Part shown: one piece after another, positions 29,746-44,939 of the stretch
Numbering within the stretch: the stretch's first letter is position 1
How the letters are laid out: each line of letters starts with the position of its first letter
Assembly (NCBI GenBank): GCA_951406725.2
Contig: OX597825.1
Location: 14,198,001-14,262,000, forward strand
From: Octopus vulgaris
Lineage: Eukaryota
DNA: 64,000 nt
Reading direction: 5' to 3'
Translations under genes and position numbers: made by a program
Notes under the pieces: generated by a model
What the model saw: only the letters and a program-made list of their open reading frames with translations
What the model was told of the DNA's origin: nothing
Databases searched by the model: none

Positions 29746-30084
29746 ATGTATATATGTATGTGTATAAATATATACTTATATGCGTATGTAATGTTATGTA
29801 AATATATCATTGCACGTGTAAGTGTGTATATGTCCCTATACACACGAGCCTTCACATAAGCTGATCGATGTATTCTTACATTGAAAGACACGTATACATA
29901 CATATATAGACACACGCATGTAGAGAGACACACATACACACACAAACAAAGAAATATGCAAAATAGTGCTCCAAGCCAAAAGTACGGAAGAGCAACAGAA
30001 ACAATTTCAAAGACACACTTTTAGATCCCCACACAGGCACACATACATACATACATACATACATACATACATAAATATATATAC

Positions 30085-30185
<101 letters not shown>

Positions 30186-30205
30186 TAAATTAGAGATAAA
30201 ACCAC

Positions 30206-30251
<46 letters not shown>

Positions 30252-30268
30252 TAAATTAGAGATAAAAC

Positions 30269-30336
<68 letters not shown>

Positions 30337-30829
30337 GTATGTATGTATATATCCGCACAACATTCACTTAAGCGAGTAGTAAATATTTATATGTTTTAAC
30401 GGAATAATCATGAAAATATCCTGGACTAAAATGGCAAAATGGTCTCACGAAATTCTACATATCTGAGGTTAAAATATCAGCGAACGTTACACTAAATCGT
30501 AAAACGAATAAAAGAAATTCTTAAAATCTTCGTAAAAGAAATAAAGTGAAAACAAAAGAATTATTTATGTAGGTGTCATTGAGATTTACTGACATTTCTT
30601 GTCGGAGGCTTGTTTCGTTATTCAGAGGAAGCATTTTATTCTTTTAGCTTCACTTTACGATTTGTTTTTACCTTAAAAGTATAGCCTTAAGAAAGGAAAA
30701 ACTTTGACAGCTTGGAGCGAAAATAGAAGTGTACGTACATTAAGCTGCAAACTGTCCTGATCTCTGAAATAATAAAATAAATATGATGGAAAATAACTCT
30801 GTGCGTCTGTGTATGGCTGCATATATAAC

Positions 30830-30865
<36 letters not shown>

Positions 30866-30872
30866 CTATTTA

Positions 30873-30903
<31 letters not shown>

Positions 30904-31149
30904 ATATACATATACATATATATGCATGTATATATATATATGTGTATATATATATATATACATATATATATTTATATATATATATATGTACACACATAAA
31001 AATGTGTGTATATATATATGTGTGTGTGTTTGTGCGTGTGAGTGTGTCAGTGTGTTTGTGCATGTGAATGTAAATGCATATTATATATATATACTTATGT
31101 ATATATACATATATATATATCATATTATATGATATATATTATATCATAT

Positions 31150-31196
<47 letters not shown>

Positions 31197-31205
31197 CTAT
31201 TTATT

Positions 31206-31248
<43 letters not shown>

Positions 31249-31344
31249 TCACATATAACATACTTGTTTAGATACAGTTTGAAACCCACTTTCATATCAA
31301 AGCACGCGCACGGACACACACACACATACAAACAAACACACAGC

Positions 31345-31377
<33 letters not shown>

Positions 31378-31524
31378 CTATATATGTCTGATATAAACAC
31401 TGTATAAGTTACATATTACATTGTATATATCAGCTATATATGCATAGACAGTCGCACGCATAGAGAAATACACATACATACACACTTATATACATATATG
31501 TGCACATACATACACAAACCCCCA

Positions 31525-31558
<34 letters not shown>

Positions 31559-32294
31559 GAAAGATGCAAACGCATATACATTACTAAAATATATTAATAT
31601 TTAGCTAGTGTAAATTACAGCTTCCTATACTCAATTACAATTAACAATGTCTCCCATCAAATACACAAATGTTACTTTGAGGTTTTAGGTAGGTCGTACT
31701 ATAGAAGTATGATGCGGTTTTCTTCTAGCATTTATATATAAATCAATATTTTATAAAATGAAGAAAGAAATGTGAATGTATAATGATTTCTTCCTTAGGC
31801 ATCTAAGAAGTCTTTTTGTAAAGGTTGCTGCTACCATCTATCTACCTCCCGGTATATTATTGGTTTTTCCCTCATCTTCCTTTCAAAGATGAAAAGCTCT
31901 ATCAACTTAGAGACATCAGTACTTTGTTATAAGTTGGGCAGAGGTGGAAGTGGTGTGTGTCCATCGCCTTTTCATTTCTTCGAAGACTGTTTAGATCGAT
32001 ACGGTTGATGATTAGTTTAAATATATGTAGGTTGACATCTGCAGAAAATGAAAAAAAAACAAAAAAAAACGAAGAAATCTCCTTTGTAGAGCTTCGATGA
32101 TGTAGAGGGTTCGTTTACAGCGAGATAGCATCGAGCAAAACCTGTTTACTGCTGTGTCTGGGAGATACGTCACAATACAATGGATGACGTGTTAAGAGGT
32201 GGAAGTGTGTTATCGTGGAGAAAGGTCCTGTGTAACTAGTCCATTCACAACTGGAGGGGTCGTTTCGTAGTATTAAATAAAAAAATAAATGAGC

Positions 32295-32535
32295 CATTTT
32301 AAAGCCTAGCCAGGCTCATGGGCCCGGTTTCCCGGTTTCTATGGCGTATGTGTTCCCCAGCTGGACGGGACGTCAGTCCATCGCAGTGTTACTCCTTTTT
32401 GCCACCTGGAGTGAACTGGCAGTGAACTGGCAGGAGTGAACTGGCAGCAACGCGTCGCCAGGTCCAGGAATCGAAACCACAATCTTACGATCATGATGCT
32501 GACACCCTAACCACTAAGCCACGCGCCTCCACTTA
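32295..32535 (-). mobile_element. tRNA-derived SINE family C (related pieces ~43078-43192 and ~60010-60230)
   Basis: Head gtggaggcgcgtggcttagtggttaggg, ggtttcgattcc B box, gatggactgacgtcccgtccagctgggg segment. Confidence 0.75.
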
Positions 32536-32692
32536 GTAGTATTAGAAGGGCTAAAGAAGCTGGTGATTGAGGAGAGTTACTGGTGTGTACTGGTGTCGTA
32601 ATAGACTATATTGGTATGTCCCCATTACCCGACACTTAATTTGGTTCTATTAATGGTTAGCTTTTGGGTCTAGCTTTAACGTGGCTGGAGTT

Positions 32693-32916
32693 CTCTTTTA
32701 CTCTTTTACTTGTTTCAGTCAATTGAATGTGACCATGCTGGAGTATCGCCTTTAGTCGAGCAAATCGACCCCCAGGACGTATTCTTTTGTAAGCCTAATA
32801 CTTATTATATCGGTCTCTTTTTATGGGGATGTAAACACACCAGCATCGGTTGTCAAGCGATGTTAGGGGGACAAACACAGACATACATACATATACGCAC
32901 ATACAAACATACACAC

Positions 32917-32993
<77 letters not shown>

Positions 32994-33147
32994 CGACAGG
33001 CTTCTTTCAGTTTCCGTCTACCAAATCCACTCACAAGGCTTTAGTCGGCCCGAGGTTATAGTAGAAGACACTTGCCCAAGTTGCCACGCAGTGGGACTGA
33101 GCCCGAACCATGTGGCTGGTAAGCAAGCTATTTACCACACAGCCACT
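32693..33147 (-). mobile_element. SINE family A with expanded internal (CA)n(TA)n
   Basis: Matches the other family A copies. Confidence 0.9.
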
Positions 33148-34764
33148 CGACTTTTACAAGAAGTGGAGTGTGAAATAATCTGCATAATAATTTTATATTG
33201 TTGTATGTGATGGAAAATAGGTTTAAAAGAACCAAAGAAATGTGAGGGGCAAAAACAGAAATTAGGACACACAAAATTTGATAATGGCTGGCTCGCAAAT
33301 GTTATGTCTACTCATCATAGAAGGGAGACAATGAAGAGAAGATATTATATTCTTCCGTGTTGGCGTAATCATTGGTTAATGAAATACATTTTGTGTCTTA
33401 GAAAAATTGACTCTGCAAATATAAGACATTTACGCGTTCCTGATAAACGTCAATCGTTGTTTTACAAGGACAAGATTTTTGTTATGAAGTGAAATATAAT
33501 TGTTTGTTTTGACCTCAGCATATCACTGGTACTAAATTTATTGATCGAAACAGTTAAAATAAAAAGGCACAAATGTTGGAAATTATTGCCGTAGACTCTT
33601 TGATTTCTGAAGTTATACTTCTCCAAGAAAAATATTATTTATTGGTATGCCGTATAAGGAACTGATTATATACAGTTAGATTAAGGTATGACCTTTTGTT
33701 CTGAACAATTTCCTTAAAGACTACAGTTATAAATTCTCATTCTTGTTGCTTGGTCCACACAAAATCTCAACTCTACATTCAGTTACATCTGTCTCCACAT
33801 CTATATTAATTCCAAATTTTGGCACAAGAAAGCAATTTAAGGGGAGAAGTTAAGTCGAATACATCTTGTACTTATTCAATTGCTACTTATTTTATTGACC
33901 CCAGAATAGATTAAAGTAAAGGTGAGCCCGGTAGCATTTGAACTCAGACCTAAAGACGGACGAAACACTGCTAATTTCATAGCCCCGTGTGCCAACTCTC
34001 TGCCCTGTCTATATTAAATAAATTAAGAATAAATATATATGCTAGCTTCCGACATATCTACTCGCTAATACTTTAACCTTAAATAATTATCTAAAAAAAC
34101 GATCATCTATGTAGCGTTTCTATGTTCAAGTATATTGCTGTATTAGACTGCATTACACATTTTTGAAAAGGTATCTTTAAACAAAACAGAACTTTTGTCA
34201 ACTACCTACTTAAATTTTGCCTGTTAGTGTAGCTAATAAAATGATTATACTTTTCTGATTTCGCAGCGTTATACAGGTTTCATTCTCCGCGTAGCGATAA
34301 AGAATTTATGAGACAGATTTTCGTTGTTTTTCAGAAATGGTATCAAAGAATACGTCAGCGTCTAATTATTTTGAATGTTGTTTGTCATTTTCTAAACATC
34401 GCTTGGCTTATTATCACAGAAAACAACAGACAATCACCTATAATGCGTTCAACGGCATCATTATTATTGCCGTTAATTCTGTCTAAGGAAAATTAGCTGA
34501 AAACCACAAGCGAAAACTAAATATATATTGATATAAAATATACAGTAATGGATCAACGAATAAAAATTACGCAGATACCAGAGCCGACTGATTTATAAAC
34601 TTGCGTCCGTATACGCACTCTTGCTTTCGTTCTAAGTATAAATACACACGTGCATATACATACATACACACACGCACACCCACATATAAAGTATATATGT
34701 ACGTGTGTGTTTTTCTGCTCTTACATATAAATATATATATACAGTATGCGTAAACACATACACG

Positions 34765-34817
<53 letters not shown>

Positions 34818-34898
34818 TTATCACTCTCCCACTCCCTCTTTTTCTATCTATCGCTCTTCTCCACTCTCTATCTATCTATCTATATATCTATCTCTCTG

Positions 34899-35010
<112 letters not shown>

Positions 35011-35151
35011 ATATATTATAGCAAATAATGAAGAGCGTAAAATTTTGGCATCCTTCAAGAACATTTAATTTATAATTTATAATATAACACATAATGGAGA
35101 GTGGAAAATTACTATTTATAAATCTTACATCTTGAGACGTTCAGCGAAAAT

Positions 35152-35551
35152 ACTTTAGAGTAAAGATTGCTTACCAACATAATATGGCAGTCCTGGTTTA
35201 GGACTAATGTTGCTGTAATTTAGACCCAGGAGACATCGTCTCCAGATGGCTATACGACACAATCTGTGCCCTTATATTTTCGAACAAAGGAATCTAGCAC
35301 TCACACTCAGCTAAAAACAATATCTGTGTATCGTGATTTTCGGGTTATTTCTCTTCAACTCCAAAATCGCGATTAACAGATATTGTTTTGAGCTGAGTTG
35401 GGGTGCTATATTCCCTTGTTCGAACATATAAGGGCACAGATCGTGTCGTATAGCCAGCTGGAGTCGATGTCTCCTGGTGCTAAATTACAACAACATTCGT
35501 CCTAAATCAGGACTGCTACGTTATGTAGGCAAACAATCTTTACTCCAAAGT
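35152..35551. repeat. 400-bp imperfect palindrome related to the 12256 family
   Basis: Arms 35152-35340 and 35363-35551; segment gttgctgtaatttagacccaggagacatcgtctccagatggct resembles 12308-12360. Confidence 0.8.
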
Positions 35552-35667
35552 GGAGAGTAGTTATAGAAGCACGTAGTGTCTCTTACAGCTGTTTCTAGAA
35601 TAGATAAGTGTGTGGCACATATATCACTGAGTAAAGAATTCCACGGAGGCTGAGTATTCCGTGATAG

Positions 35668-35698
<31 letters not shown>

Positions 35699-37435
35699 CA
35701 GAAACGTAGAATATCCTCAATATAAGATATTACTAGTTACTAGTTTTTTAAGAAACCAAGGGATTTCAAGGATGAATGATCGATGTGTTTGGTGTCTCCA
35801 TGATGGAAGAATTAATAAAATTCTAGGTAATAGATAATCTCATTTAGCTGTTTCATGGACAAATGTTCTTGGATTATCTCTGGCAAAGGCTAATGGAAGT
35901 TACCAAAACCATCGGTGAATAGAACATGAATGAAATTTGATTTGAAAGGCCTTGGAAGAGTATATTATAGTGTGAATGAGAGAAATATGAGTTCGAGACT
36001 AGTCTGCATAGTGAAGGTGTATTTGATATGAGGGTTAAGGGACTTCATGTATACACACACACATAGACACACATACACACACACTCACACATTTTTCTTA
36101 TATATTGTTTAGATAAACTCAATTAAACATGGGATATATATTTACACATCATGCAACAAACTTTATAAAATAAAATAAGGAAAAACTATAGAATGAAAAA
36201 TTTCGTATCTCGACAGCTGTTTCATGAAGCGAAACTTACGTTATAAGCATATTCATAGACGATGTGTGCATGATATCATAGGTGTGCGACCAATGACGAG
36301 TCCAGATGAAATTGTCGAGAAAGTCCTGTCTTTTTTTCCCCAAGACCAGTAGTGCAGTAGTGTTTGCACTTCTCTTTAAAACTTTCCAATGCACCACAGC
36401 GAATGGCTTGCATTTTTTTGCTGCAAACGATCTTAATCTCACGATACGAATAATCTTCTTGGAATCAGAAGGTAAGTTATTGTTCCTGATGATGGTGTTG
36501 CACTTTAAATCCTGTACTTTATTCAGTATCTTTCTCTGTATATCTGTATTGATGGCCCATACCTCGTAGGTATATCAGCTGAATGCATTGTATATAACAG
36601 TCTAGTATAGTCTCATTTTTCCTGATATTGCTCCATATTAGCTTCATTTTTGGAATGGTGCTATCACTGTTTGCTTCGTTCTTGCAATGGTTCCTTATAT
36701 TTTATTATTAATGATCTTCCTCCTTCCTCATTAAAATTTGACTGGAAGTCATTTTACTGTAGCACGACTTCGATCCTCTGCCCTTGGGCAAACACTCTCT
36801 ATTTTAATTATTTTCCTGACATCTGCCAAGCGTTTTGCTGTTCGTTAAAATTTATCAGCTAGAAAATTTTAGCCTTCAAAACTTTCCAAATCGCGAATAT
36901 AATCCCTTAGATGTGTGAGCAGGCAACTAATAACATATTTACACAAATTCCAACACTCACGTACATATTTATTTTTTACGTTATGAATGTGACATAAGTT
37001 TTCCGAGTTATCCGAAAACTGTGATTTTCAAAATCTTTGAAAGAGCTACTGTTAGCATGACTTGGAATATTATATTACAATAAAGTACTTTTCGCTCTCA
37101 AAAATCATATTGAATTCTGAGTCCGATAATATTTAATATTTCTTATTTCAAATGTTTTATTTGCTAAGAGATAAACAGCCAATATACATCTTACTACATA
37201 ATATTTTCATCAGCTTTCTATTTTTCTATCAGAATCCTTCTTTGCTCCCTTTCTTTTTGCATATATACATATATAAACACAAACATACATACACTCCCCC
37301 CACACATATATATATATATATATGTATATATAGAGAGAGTTTACGAAAAAACAAAAGACGAAGACAGGTGGTGTACAAAGCAAACATATATATTAGTATA
37401 ACGCTCAGGAATTAAAAAATCTTTTACGTTTCGAG

Positions 37436-37520
<85 letters not shown>

Positions 37521-38043
37521 ATATACATGTGTGTGTGTGTGTATGTATATATGTATATATATATATATATATATACCTACTTACATACATACATGCCGAA
37601 TTATGTAGGCACGTATTGACAGAAGCAAAATGTATTTTTGCGTATATGCATGTGTTTGTGTGTATGTAGAAGTGTGATAGCAGAAATAGTGAGCGGAGCG
37701 AGAGCTTGCATGTAAGTACTGCTAATGTTTCATAACCATTGTCATTTGACCGTCTTTTTATTTGGCTATAAAAGAAGCACAAAGGGAACGAAATACAGAC
37801 ACGTTTATTAACTAACACAGAGTCTGTAACAAACTCACACGCGACCACTTGAAAGGATTCTCGAGTATTAGAAGAGAACAAAACACGTTAGCATTTATGA
37901 AAAATATGATTCCGTGTGTATTTACTTGATGAACGTGTTTTGAACACATTGATAGTGCAGACTCAGTAAAAATACGCACAGAAAGCACAGAGAATCAAAC
38001 ACGCATACACACATTCACAAATACGGATAATCACCTACATGCA

Positions 38044-38091
<48 letters not shown>

Positions 38092-38095
38092 AATG

Positions 38096-38439
38096 CTTAA
38101 ATCCTTTAAAATTTTTTAGCCCGAAGGCCGCGGCCATGCTGGGGCACCACCGCTGAATGAGCTATACTAATTTGTGAATCCACCTCTGATACGTGGCACT
38201 TGATCAACAAGGGAGTTCGATGCTGCTGCCGGCATCCGCGTCTCCTGTCGTGAGGTAGGTTCATCTGGGACTCCCGACAAGAAGAGATCCAGTTTAGTTT
38301 TAAAGAAACCCACATCCACACCATGTAAGTCTCTCAGGCATTTAGGGAGGATGTTAAAGAGCTGTGGTCCTCTGAAACCCAAGCTGTTGCAGTATCTGGA
38401 CCTGTATTTTGATTCTGATGTTGGAATCCTTGGCACCAT
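38096..38439 (-). mobile_element. CR1-group LINE 3' end
   Basis: NSLGFRGPQLFNILPKCLRDL...FKTKLDLFLSGVPDEP...SNSLVDQ is typical of CR1-group ORF2 C-termini; short UTR with stem-loop. Confidence 0.85.
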
Positions 38440-38604
38440 ATCATTATAGATATAGGGTAAAAAAAATTATTTCTTTAATAAGATATTTTACCAAGTAGTT
38501 TCGGAGTCATATTTTGTAGTGAAAAGAAATAACGGTCTTTTGGCTGCCATTTCTAAATTTTCGGTATGTGGTGAAGCAATTTGTTGCTAAACCCTTAATT
38601 ATTG

Positions 38605-38662
<58 letters not shown>

Positions 38663-39731
38663 TGTCTGCCTATCTATCTATCTGTCTGTCTGTCTGTCTA
38701 TCTATTTATCTATATCTATCTATCGATCTCTCTATCTATCTATCTGTCTATCAATACATAGATACACTCATACAGACACACACATATGTATGCCTGTATA
38801 ATATATTTATATGCATACATTTGAAATTATGTCGCTCTCTCTCTCTCTCTCACTATATATATATATATATATACATACATACATATACATATACATACAT
38901 TGGTGCAGACTATGCGAACATAGGCACACACACGTGTGTGTTTGAGCACGTGTGCCTGTGTGAGTGAGCATGTGTGTATCAGGGTGTAAGTGTACATATG
39001 TATGTGTGTGTATATATGTGTGTGTGCATGTATGTATGTGTATTTGTGTCTGCGCGCGTGTGTATATGTGTGTGTACGTATAAACACGGTAAGTACATTT
39101 ATGAAGTAATACTTTGTGTGTTGTTTTTGTTGTAGCAAATCGATAGAAATAATAAATTAGAAAGCATTTTGATGTATTTTCTTTGAAAGTGGAACTGATT
39201 GTGTGCCGAGGTTGTTTTTCTTGCAGTTAATGCTATCATTCTCTGGGAAACCTTAGATATTAGTCTTCGTTTTATTTCTTTGTTGTCTATATATTTCCTG
39301 AATTTAAGCATTTTTGACGAATTTCCACTGAAGCAAAATCAAAATGGTTCACCAAAAATTGTAAAAAAAATATAAATGAGCTTGAGAAAATTTTTTAATG
39401 TCGTCTGTTTTCCTGTGAACTATTAACGTCTATTGTCAAAGGAAGAAGTATCACAACATTATGAGGAGAATTCTGAAATGATGCATTAATTTTAATGATT
39501 ATTCAGAATGAAGTACGACCCTGTACACAACGATGTCGGCATTATGCAGCTATGGTACTTTCCGGTTTAAATGTGAAACTGGACTTTGATGATCATATTC
39601 TCAAGCGAAAAAATAGTCCGGTACCATTACTTATTTAGTTGAGATTCACGGTAATATTAGTTTTAAATTTTGGTACACGGCCAGCATTTGTTGGGAAAAT
39701 TCAAGTCGATGATGATGATGATGATGATGAA

Positions 39732-39807
<76 letters not shown>

Positions 39808-39849
39808 ATGAAGGTAATAATAATGATAATAAAAAAAATAATAATGATG

Positions 39850-39916
<67 letters not shown>

Positions 39917-39919
39917 TAA

Positions 39920-41466
39920 TAAAGTGAATGGATTTACCGAAGGAATAAACATGAAATTCGGTTTGTAAATTTTGCCAAAGCAACGTTGGAAAAGGGAAAA
40001 CTAGTTAAGAGTAACAATATCACACAGACAGAACAAATGAAGTAAAAGAATTAGACCAAAGCCAGACATACAAATACTAAGGAATCAATGAACTAAATAC
40101 GGTACAAAACACACAAATGAAAGAGGAGATAAGAAAGGAATACTAGAGACGAATTAGATTAATATTGAAAACAGAGCTCACTGCCAAAAACAGTATAATA
40201 GGTATCAACACTCTGGCCGTCCAAGTTATAATTTACAGCTACGATATTCTTAATTGGACTCTAAATGAACTAACGAAATAAGACAGGAAAAGCAGGAAAA
40301 TAGTGACAGAAAATAGGATGCACCACTCAAAATCTGTCGCAGAAATGTTATATATACAACGAATTGAAGGTGGTAGAGGCCTTATACAACTAGAAATCTA
40401 TTATAGAACAACCACCATTAGATTACAGGAATAACTACTTCGGAAGCAAGGAAAACTGATACTAATAGCCACAAAACACGAGTAAAACAAGAAACTGTTT
40501 TCTGTCTTTAAGAAAGCTGACAAATACAAAAAAGAAGTCATAATACCTAACAACTCCGAAGAAAAAGAAGAAACAACAAAAGCTGTAAAACAAATGACAT
40601 CCAAAAACTCAAACAACAAAGTATCATGATGAAACGATGGCAAGAAAAGCCGCTCCATGGCAAATACTGGGTTAAACTAAACAGAAGAGAAATAACGAAG
40701 TACAATCTCAACAATGGCTGAGAAGGTCAGGATTCAAAGCAAAGACTGAAGGAAGTTTGATAGCAGCACAAGACAAAACCTCCCCATCAGAAATTACCAA
40801 AAAGATATAATGCAGAAAAATACAAGTAAATGCTTAAAATGTGGTGATGGGGAGGAAACAATATTGTCTCTGGCTGCCCAGTCCTGACTAAGAAGGAATA
40901 TATTCTCAGACACGAGAGAGTTGGGATCTATATACACTGGAAGCTATGCGAAAGTTATGGAATAAAAACAGAGAAAAAGACAGTATATGCACACGCTTGA
41001 AAAGATCACAGAATATGAGAAAGCAGCCATAGTCTGGGATATGCCAATACACCCAGAGAGAGAAACCAAGGCTAATTGACCGGATATAGTTGTCAGAGAT
41101 GACCCCCCAAAAAATGCTGTCTAATCGACGTATCAATACCAATAAATTATGTTTCTCTAAAAGAAACAGAGAAGCTTTCAAAATACAAAGATCTGGTAAT
41201 AGAGGTAACTCGGATGTGGAGTCTAAAAACAGAAACAATTCCTATAAATTAGGGGCATTAGGTATGATAAAAAATATTCAGTCAAATACATAGTAAAAAC
41301 ACCAGGACTAACGAGTATATATAACATACAGAAAATAGCTCTACTAGGCACCGCATACATCCTACGCATAACACTTTCAATACATTAAGAATGAGAGTAT
41401 CACAACAAACCACAGCACGCACTCAAGATACAAAGAGCTACGCTCGGTAGTGCAATGAAAGCACGT
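39920..41466 (+). mobile_element. 5'-truncated Dong/R4-clade non-LTR retrotransposon, decayed
   Basis: INMKFGL, GINTLAV, LYIQRIEGGRGL (RT thumb), CLKCGDGEET...SGCP (zinc knuckle), PDIVVRD...KYKDL...GALG (REL endonuclease); (TAA)n at both ends. Confidence 0.88.
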
Positions 41467-41473
41467 GATAATG

Positions 41474-41588
<115 letters not shown>

Positions 41589-41598
41589 TAATAATAAC

Positions 41599-41693
<95 letters not shown>

Positions 41694-41703
41694 TAATAAT
41701 AAC

Positions 41704-41762
<59 letters not shown>

Positions 41763-41784
41763 TAATAATAATAATAATAATACG

Positions 41785-41951
41785 ACAACATACAGAAAAT
41801 TGCACTACTAGGCACTGCACACATCCTACGCAGAACACTTTCAATGCAGTAACCATCAGAGCATCACAACAAATCACAGCACATACCTAAGGCACACAGA
41901 GCTGCGCTCGGTAGTGAAGTGAAAGCACACTATAAAAATAAGACTACTGAA
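41785..41951 (+). mobile_element. Second, very short Dong/R4 3' copy
   Basis: Repeats the last ~150 bp of the preceding element, again between (TAA)n tracts. Confidence 0.85.
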
Positions 41952-41974
41952 TAATAATAATAATAATAATAATG

Positions 41975-42011
<37 letters not shown>

Positions 42012-42365
42012 TAATAATAATAATAATAATAATGCCTTTATTAGAAAGAATTACTACATACATGAAAATGTCGAATAGATATACAGTCCAGATTGGTATG
42101 GGTGTGTACATATGGCGTCCATATGTGTGAAAACTTTTACAAATAGTAATTACATTTGCATATATGTATGAAATTATATCTAGTTACACGAGTGAATGTA
42201 AGGGTATACATTGAGCTGGTAGAATCATTAGGCCGACGAACAGAAAAAAAGAAAAACCAGTCCTTTAGTATCCTGGTATTTCAGGTGCAGCGTATTAAAA
42301 AGTTTGACTTCCAGCCACAGGGTTCCGGGTTCAATCGTATGAAAGATATGTAAAATGTATGTCTG

Positions 42366-42570
<205 letters not shown>

Positions 42571-42573
42571 ATA

Positions 42574-43070
42574 CAGGGTGTGATGGGCAAAATTTGTTGC
42601 CTTTTCATATTTTCAGTTTCACCCATGTACATTGTTTGTTTCTGAATTTGTCGACCGCACGGTACTGTAGGGTCAGTTGGGCACCTTCTGTAAGAAAAAC
42701 AGCAGCATGACGCAAATCACTCTGCCAGAAATTTGGAAACGACATGCTGTACTTCTGGCATGCGTGCCGGAAGCTCCAGTACGAACTGTTGGCTTAACGT
42801 GTCCCAAAAACATGTTCCATGAGTGATAAAAATCATACCTCCAGTCAACATCATGGGGTTTGGAGTGATCACTAGTGATGGCGATGTTATATCTCGATTC
42901 ATCTTCCCACACTGCCTGAGACTCAACACGGTGGCCTACATCAAGTACCTGGAGGAGGTAGTTCTGCCCTGGTCAAGAGGGTGACAGCTTGAAGACCCTA
43001 TGTCTGGCAACAGGACTCTGCACCATGCCACACAAACAGGAGAACCCAGTCGTGGTTGTCAGACAATTTC
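42574..43070 (+). mobile_element. Internally deleted Tc1/mariner-superfamily (maT/DD37D-like) remnant
   Basis: TA-cagggtg terminus; PVNIMGFGVITSDGDV...FIFP...LNTVAYIKYLEEVVLPW...PYVWQQDSAPCHT...TQSWLSDNF. Confidence 0.8.
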
Positions 43071-44404
43071 GGCAGCTTGCAGCTTAGGTGCTTTTGCTCA
43101 ATAAACACTCACAATGCCCGGTCTGGGAATCGAAACCGCGTTCTTACGACCGCGAGTCCGATGCCCTAACCTCTGAGCCATTGCGCCTCCACTGCAGTTG
43201 TTGTTGAAGTTGTGGTTATTCGTTTAGTTTAAATTGTTCGAATAGTTGTTATCTCTAGTCAGAAAGTCAGTATATATTTTTCTTACGATAGAAAGAAATT
43301 TTGAAAGGAAATATCATTTTCTTTTTTTATTATTGTTTTCTATCAGAACCGTGCGAATGATAAAATATATATATATATACCTATTCAGAGAATACGTAAA
43401 AATTACTTATAAATATTTATACAATGCATAGCTAAATCCACCTGACTTAGAAAAATATTTTCTGTATATTTTGCACAATATACAGAAAATATGCAATGCA
43501 ATAGATGCAAATTATACAATGCACAAGACCACGATACCGTCTACGACATGGACATGAAAACTTCTAAAGTGGGTGTCTGAGACAAATAGTTTCGATAAGT
43601 CATGCACGTAGCAACGAAAGCTGGTTTTAATTGTGAGGATCTGTGATATATGGCACGTAACAAGTCGTCTCCCATACAGATTGGGTAAATTTTAATGCTT
43701 CTTTTTAATTGCATCATTTTAAAAAATTATATCTGTAGTTTGGTTCAAGGACAAATAATGCTTCCGGGTAATTGCTGTTGTGCAATTTTCGCAATTAATA
43801 GAATATTAAGATGCGAATGAATATTGATAAGACGGAATTAAGGATTTATGGTCATGTTTTGTCTGTTGTCGTATAAAAAAGTATTTGTATTCTGATATAA
43901 TTATAATCACACGACTTAATTGAGAATTGTAGGTTATACACAGATACAATAATTGATAATTTAAATAATTATCATGCACTTAATTTATCATTAGGATAAT
44001 TATTGCTTGTATAATTAATAAATACAATAATTAACATTTGCCAAATTAATAATATTCAGAGGAAGATTATTCTGAGACAATTTCTGAGATAAAGTCCAGG
44101 GGTAACTGTCAGAGATCAGTTATCTGAGGCAACAGGCCGTGATGGAAGGGCAGTTGTCATGACACCCTGTGCTCCAGCATGACCACAGCCTTAGGGCTGA
44201 AATACATAAGAGAACAAAAGAGTATAATTAGTTTGTGCTGCTATATGGAGTAATGGTTTCGCCTGTTTTAATATATTGTGCAACGCATCAACTCTCCACC
44301 CGGATTTGTTGAAACATTTCTTTAAATGCGCCTCAGTTTTTAAAACTCCTTGAGACAGAAATACTGCATGATTCAATGAACCTAGGTGGTACAATAAACG
44401 TGAT

Positions 44405-44480
<76 letters not shown>

Positions 44481-44939
44481 CTGTTTCTTTATTACCCACA
44501 AGGGGCTAAACATAGAGGGAACAAACAAGGACAGACAAACGGATTACATCGACCCCAGTGCGTAACTGGCACTTAATTTATCGACCCCGATAGGATGAAA
44601 GGCAAAGTCATCATCGTCATCATTATTGTTGTTATTATTAGTATCATCATCCTCATCATATATTTGGCTTTTGCTTTGTATATGTACAAGTTGTCTCCAA
44701 GTCTCATCCAGAGACAACACAAGAGACAACAAAATAGAACTTCAAGCTGGTGTTATGACTACGGGGCCATATTTTTGGTTTTGCACACAGTATTGTTCTA
44801 CAGAGAATGTCTGTCAAAACGTAAGTAAATTAGAAGTTTGTTTTAAAAGTTATTTCATTATAAGAGGATAGCGTGATGTTAAGATGACAATAAAATCTGT
44901 TTACTATTATGTACACTTAAAAGTATTTGACACTGTTTA

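Noticed and set aside
43456-43491. 15-bp perfect inverted repeat
   Set aside because: AT-rich and isolated, with no element context.
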